This document shows, piece after piece, positions 52,631 through 54,649 of a stretch of DNA of 54,649 nucleotides. Source of the DNA: Bifidobacterium breve (GTDB lineage: Bacteria; Actinomycetota; Actinomycetes; S36-B12); NCBI GenBank assembly GCA_945877545.1, contig CAMCSO010000002.1, positions 1 through 54,649 on the forward strand, in the 5' to 3' direction. Each line of letters opens with the position of its first letter. Position 1 is the first letter of the stretch. The position numbers were made by a program, and so were the translations under genes. The notes below the pieces were generated by a model. The model did not search any database, was not told the DNA's origin, and saw nothing but the letters and a program-made list of their open reading frames with translations.

Positions 52631-52691
52631 CGTCCCGGACTACTCCGGAAGCTCCGATTGAGTATCCCGGACACTGCTCAGCAGTCCGCCG

Positions 52692-53321
52692 CTACGAACC
52701 GCGAGCTATCCAGGCGTCGATGTTGTCGGCGGCCTCGGCGAGCGTTGTTGAAGTGCCATGGCCGGTGTGGACGACCGTGTCGCGCGGCAGGATGAGGAGC
52801 TGGTCCCTTATCGAATCTGTGAGAGTTGCGAAGTTGCTGAAGGACCTACCAGTTGCGCCCGGTCCGCCGGCGAACAGGGTGTCTCCGGTGAATAGCACGC
52901 CGAGGTCGGGTGAGTAGAAGCAGCAGGCCCCCGGGGCATGGCCGGGCGTATGAAGTACCTGAATCTCCGTGCCTGCGACGGTGATGACCTGACCGTCGGT
53001 GAGGGTTCCGGTCGGACGCCGTTGGGGGTGAGTGAGAACCCATACGGGCTCATCGGCCGGGTGAAGCAGGATCGGCGCTCCGGTCGCGTCGGCCAACTCG
53101 GGTGCATAGCGCACGTGATCGTCATGTGCATGGGTGCAGGCGATGGCAACGACTCGCCGGCCGGCGACAACCGACAGGATTGCTTCGACGTCATGCGGCG
53201 CATCGATGACAATGCATTCGAGGTCATTGCCGATGACCCACACGTTGTTGTCGACGTTAAATGTCTCGCCGTCCAAGGAGAAGGTGCCCGACGTGACCGC
53301 CTGGTCGATGCGAAGGGTCAT
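52692..53321 (-). CDS. MBL-fold metallo-hydrolase (glyoxalase II-like; candidate S-formylmycothiol hydrolase)
   Basis: Motif THAHDDHV (HxHxDH), 209 aa. 4-nt overlap with the upstream dehydrogenase, matching the gene pair I recall from mycobacteria. Confidence 0.83.
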   Translation of the reverse strand: MTLRIDQAVTSGTFSLDGETFNVDNNVWVIGNDLECIVIDAPHDVEAILSVVAGRRVVAIACTHAHDDHVRYAPELADATGAPILLHPADEPVWVLTHPQRRPTGTLTDGQVITVAGTEIQVLHTPGHAPGACCFYSPDLGVLFTGDTLFAGGPGATGRSFSNFATLTDSIRDQLLILPRDTVVHTGHGTSTTLAEAADNIDAWIARGS

Positions 53322-54406
53322 GGGAAAAGCACCACCGAGCGCAGCACATCGCCGTGGTGCATCTTCGAGAACGCGTCCTCGATCGAATCGAGGGCAATTT
53401 CCTCCGTCACGAAGCGGTCGAGGGGGAGGCGGCCCTGAAGATAAAGGTCAATGAGCATCGGGAAGTCGCGGCTGGGTAGGCAATCCCCGTACCAACTGGA
53501 CTTGAGTGACCCGCCGCGTCCGAACACGTCCAGGAGCGGCAGGTCGATGCGCTGATCGGGCATCGGGACTCCAACGAGCACGACGGTCCCGGCGAGGTCG
53601 CGTGCGTAGAAGGCTTGGGTCCAGGTCTGCGGCGTCCCGACCGCGTCGATGACGACGTCAGCACCGAAGCCATCTGTCACCTCGCGGATGGCTTCGACCA
53701 CATCGCAGTCCTTGGCGTTCACGGTATGGGTGGCCCCGAACTCCCGGGCGATGTGCAGTTTTCGATCGTCGATATCGATGGCCACGATGCGAGTGGCGCC
53801 GGCGAGGGTTGAGCCCGCGATTGCCGCTGCTCCAACCCCGCCGCAGCCGATGACAGCGACAGAGTCTCCACGCGTGACGTTGCCGGTATTGATGGCGGCT
53901 CCGAGCCCGGCCATGACGCCGCAGCCGAGCAGGCCCGCCACCGCCGGCGCCGCGAGGGGACTCACCTTGGTGCACTGGCCGGCATGGACGAGGGTCTTCT
54001 CCACGAAGGCACCGATGCCGAGCGCTGGCGAGAGGGGCGTACCGTCCTCGAGGCGCATCTTTTGTGCCGCGTTGTGCGTTGCGAAGCACAGGTGCGGTCT
54101 ACCACGGAGGCAGGCACGGCATTGACCGCACACCGCCCGCCAGTTGAGTACGACGTAGTCGCCGGGCTGAATGTCAGTGACACCGGCTCCGATTTCCTCG
54201 ACGATGCCGGCCGCCTCGTGGCCAAGGAGGAACGGGAAGTCCTGGCTGATGCCACCCTCCCGGTAGTGCAGGTCGGTGTGGCAAACGCCGCAGGCCTGAA
54301 TCCGAACGACAGCCTCGCCTGGGCCTGGGTTTGGAACGATGATCATCGCGAGTTCGACCGGTGCGCCAGCGCTCCGTGCTATCACGCCTTGAACTGAATG
54401 AACCAT
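53318..54406 (-). CDS. mscR: Class III zinc alcohol dehydrogenase: S-(hydroxymethyl)mycothiol dehydrogenase / S-nitrosomycothiol reductase-like
   Basis: Motifs [47 protein letters not shown] and SSWYGDCLP. By recollection it is near-colinear with M. tuberculosis MscR. ATG at 54406 (MVHSVQGVI...). The track ORF extends to 54478. Confidence 0.85.
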   Translation of the reverse strand: MVHSVQGVIARSAGAPVELAMIIVPNPGPGEAVVRIQACGVCHTDLHYREGGISQDFPFLLGHEAAGIVEEIGAGVTDIQPGDYVVLNWRAVCGQCRACLRGRPHLCFATHNAAQKMRLEDGTPLSPALGIGAFVEKTLVHAGQCTKVSPLAAPAVAGLLGCGVMAGLGAAINTGNVTRGDSVAVIGCGGVGAAAIAGSTLAGATRIVAIDIDDRKLHIAREFGATHTVNAKDCDVVEAIREVTDGFGADVVIDAVGTPQTWTQAFYARDLAGTVVLVGVPMPDQRIDLPLLDVFGRGGSLKSSWYGDCLPSRDFPMLIDLYLQGRLPLDRFVTEEIALDSIEDAFSKMHHGDVLRSVVLFP

Positions 54407-54489
54407 GATGCCAACGCCCCTTCTGTTCGCGGCGCACTCAGCAGCGCCACCGGCTTGAGGGATGAGTATCTCAGTCACCTCGAGTCCGA

Positions 54490-54649
54490 GTCACTCGATG
54501 ATGATTCCGCGTCGGAGACGGACGATTGGGGGTAGTTGGGCAGCGCAGATAATCGCAAGCAGTACATAGACGACCGCCCATGAACCCGACCATTGGAGAA
54601 CGACGCCGGTCAGCAGGGGACCGAAGGCAGCGACGAGGAAAGTGACCGA
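54490..54649 (-). CDS. 3' end of a hydrophobic membrane protein gene (possibly an MFS-type transporter); the 5' end lies outside the window
   Basis: My translation of the - strand gives ...[52 protein letters not shown]-stop (TGA at 54490-54492). Only ~52 codons are visible and there is no track ORF. Confidence 0.35.

Noticed and set aside
38500-52640. The accessory block considered as a mobile genomic island or prophage remnant.
   Set aside because: No integrase, transposase, tRNA attachment site, phage genes or flanking direct repeats are visible. Only an island-like gene content can be claimed.

Overview
High-GC actinobacterial (Actinomycetota) chromosomal segment. The first ~38.5 kb is a dense, almost entirely + strand run of housekeeping operons in the classic actinobacterial order: 3' end of a sensor kinase, DUF2752, trpC-trpB-trpA, a membrane-anchored DsbA-like gene, lgt | gltB-gltD | pyk | pyrR-pyrB-pyrC-carA-carB-pyrK-pyrD-pyrF-mihF-gmk-rpoZ | coaBC-metK-priA | def-fmt-rsmB-rpe-ribD-ribE-ribBA-ribH-hisE-hisG-thioesterase. 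Many junctions are 1-4 nt start/stop overlaps (ATGA/GTGA), which implies translational coupling. From ~38.5 to ~52.6 kb lies an accessory-looking block with no regulator and no mobility gene. It contains a Liv-type (family 1 SBP) ABC importer (+ strand). On the - strand it has a two-subunit indolepyruvate/arylpyruvate:ferredoxin oxidoreductase (iorA-iorB) followed by a DUF2461 gene. It also has a divergent pair of operons: gentisate-1,2-dioxygenase-like cupin plus DmlA/tartrate-dehydrogenase-like enzyme (-) facing nitrilase plus FAH-family hydrolase (+). The window ends with the conserved mycothiol-type formaldehyde/nitrosothiol dehydrogenase plus MBL-fold hydrolase pair and the 3' end of a membrane protein gene. 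No rRNA, tRNA, CRISPR, transposase or integrase was seen. The best candidate for something undescribed is the ring-cleavage/nitrilase divergon and its neighbours: a gentisate-type pathway with no maleylpyruvate isomerase, a translationally coupled D-malate-dehydrogenase-like enzyme, and a nitrilase with an atypical CGE active-site motif. A second signal is a family of ~31-nt palindromic intergenic repeats (core GAATCCGG flanked by TCATYT arms), seen at three operon boundaries. Many long ORFs in the supplied track are antisense or out-of-frame shadows typical of GC-rich DNA and were not called. All functional calls come from recognising motifs in the supplied translations by eye. No database search was run.
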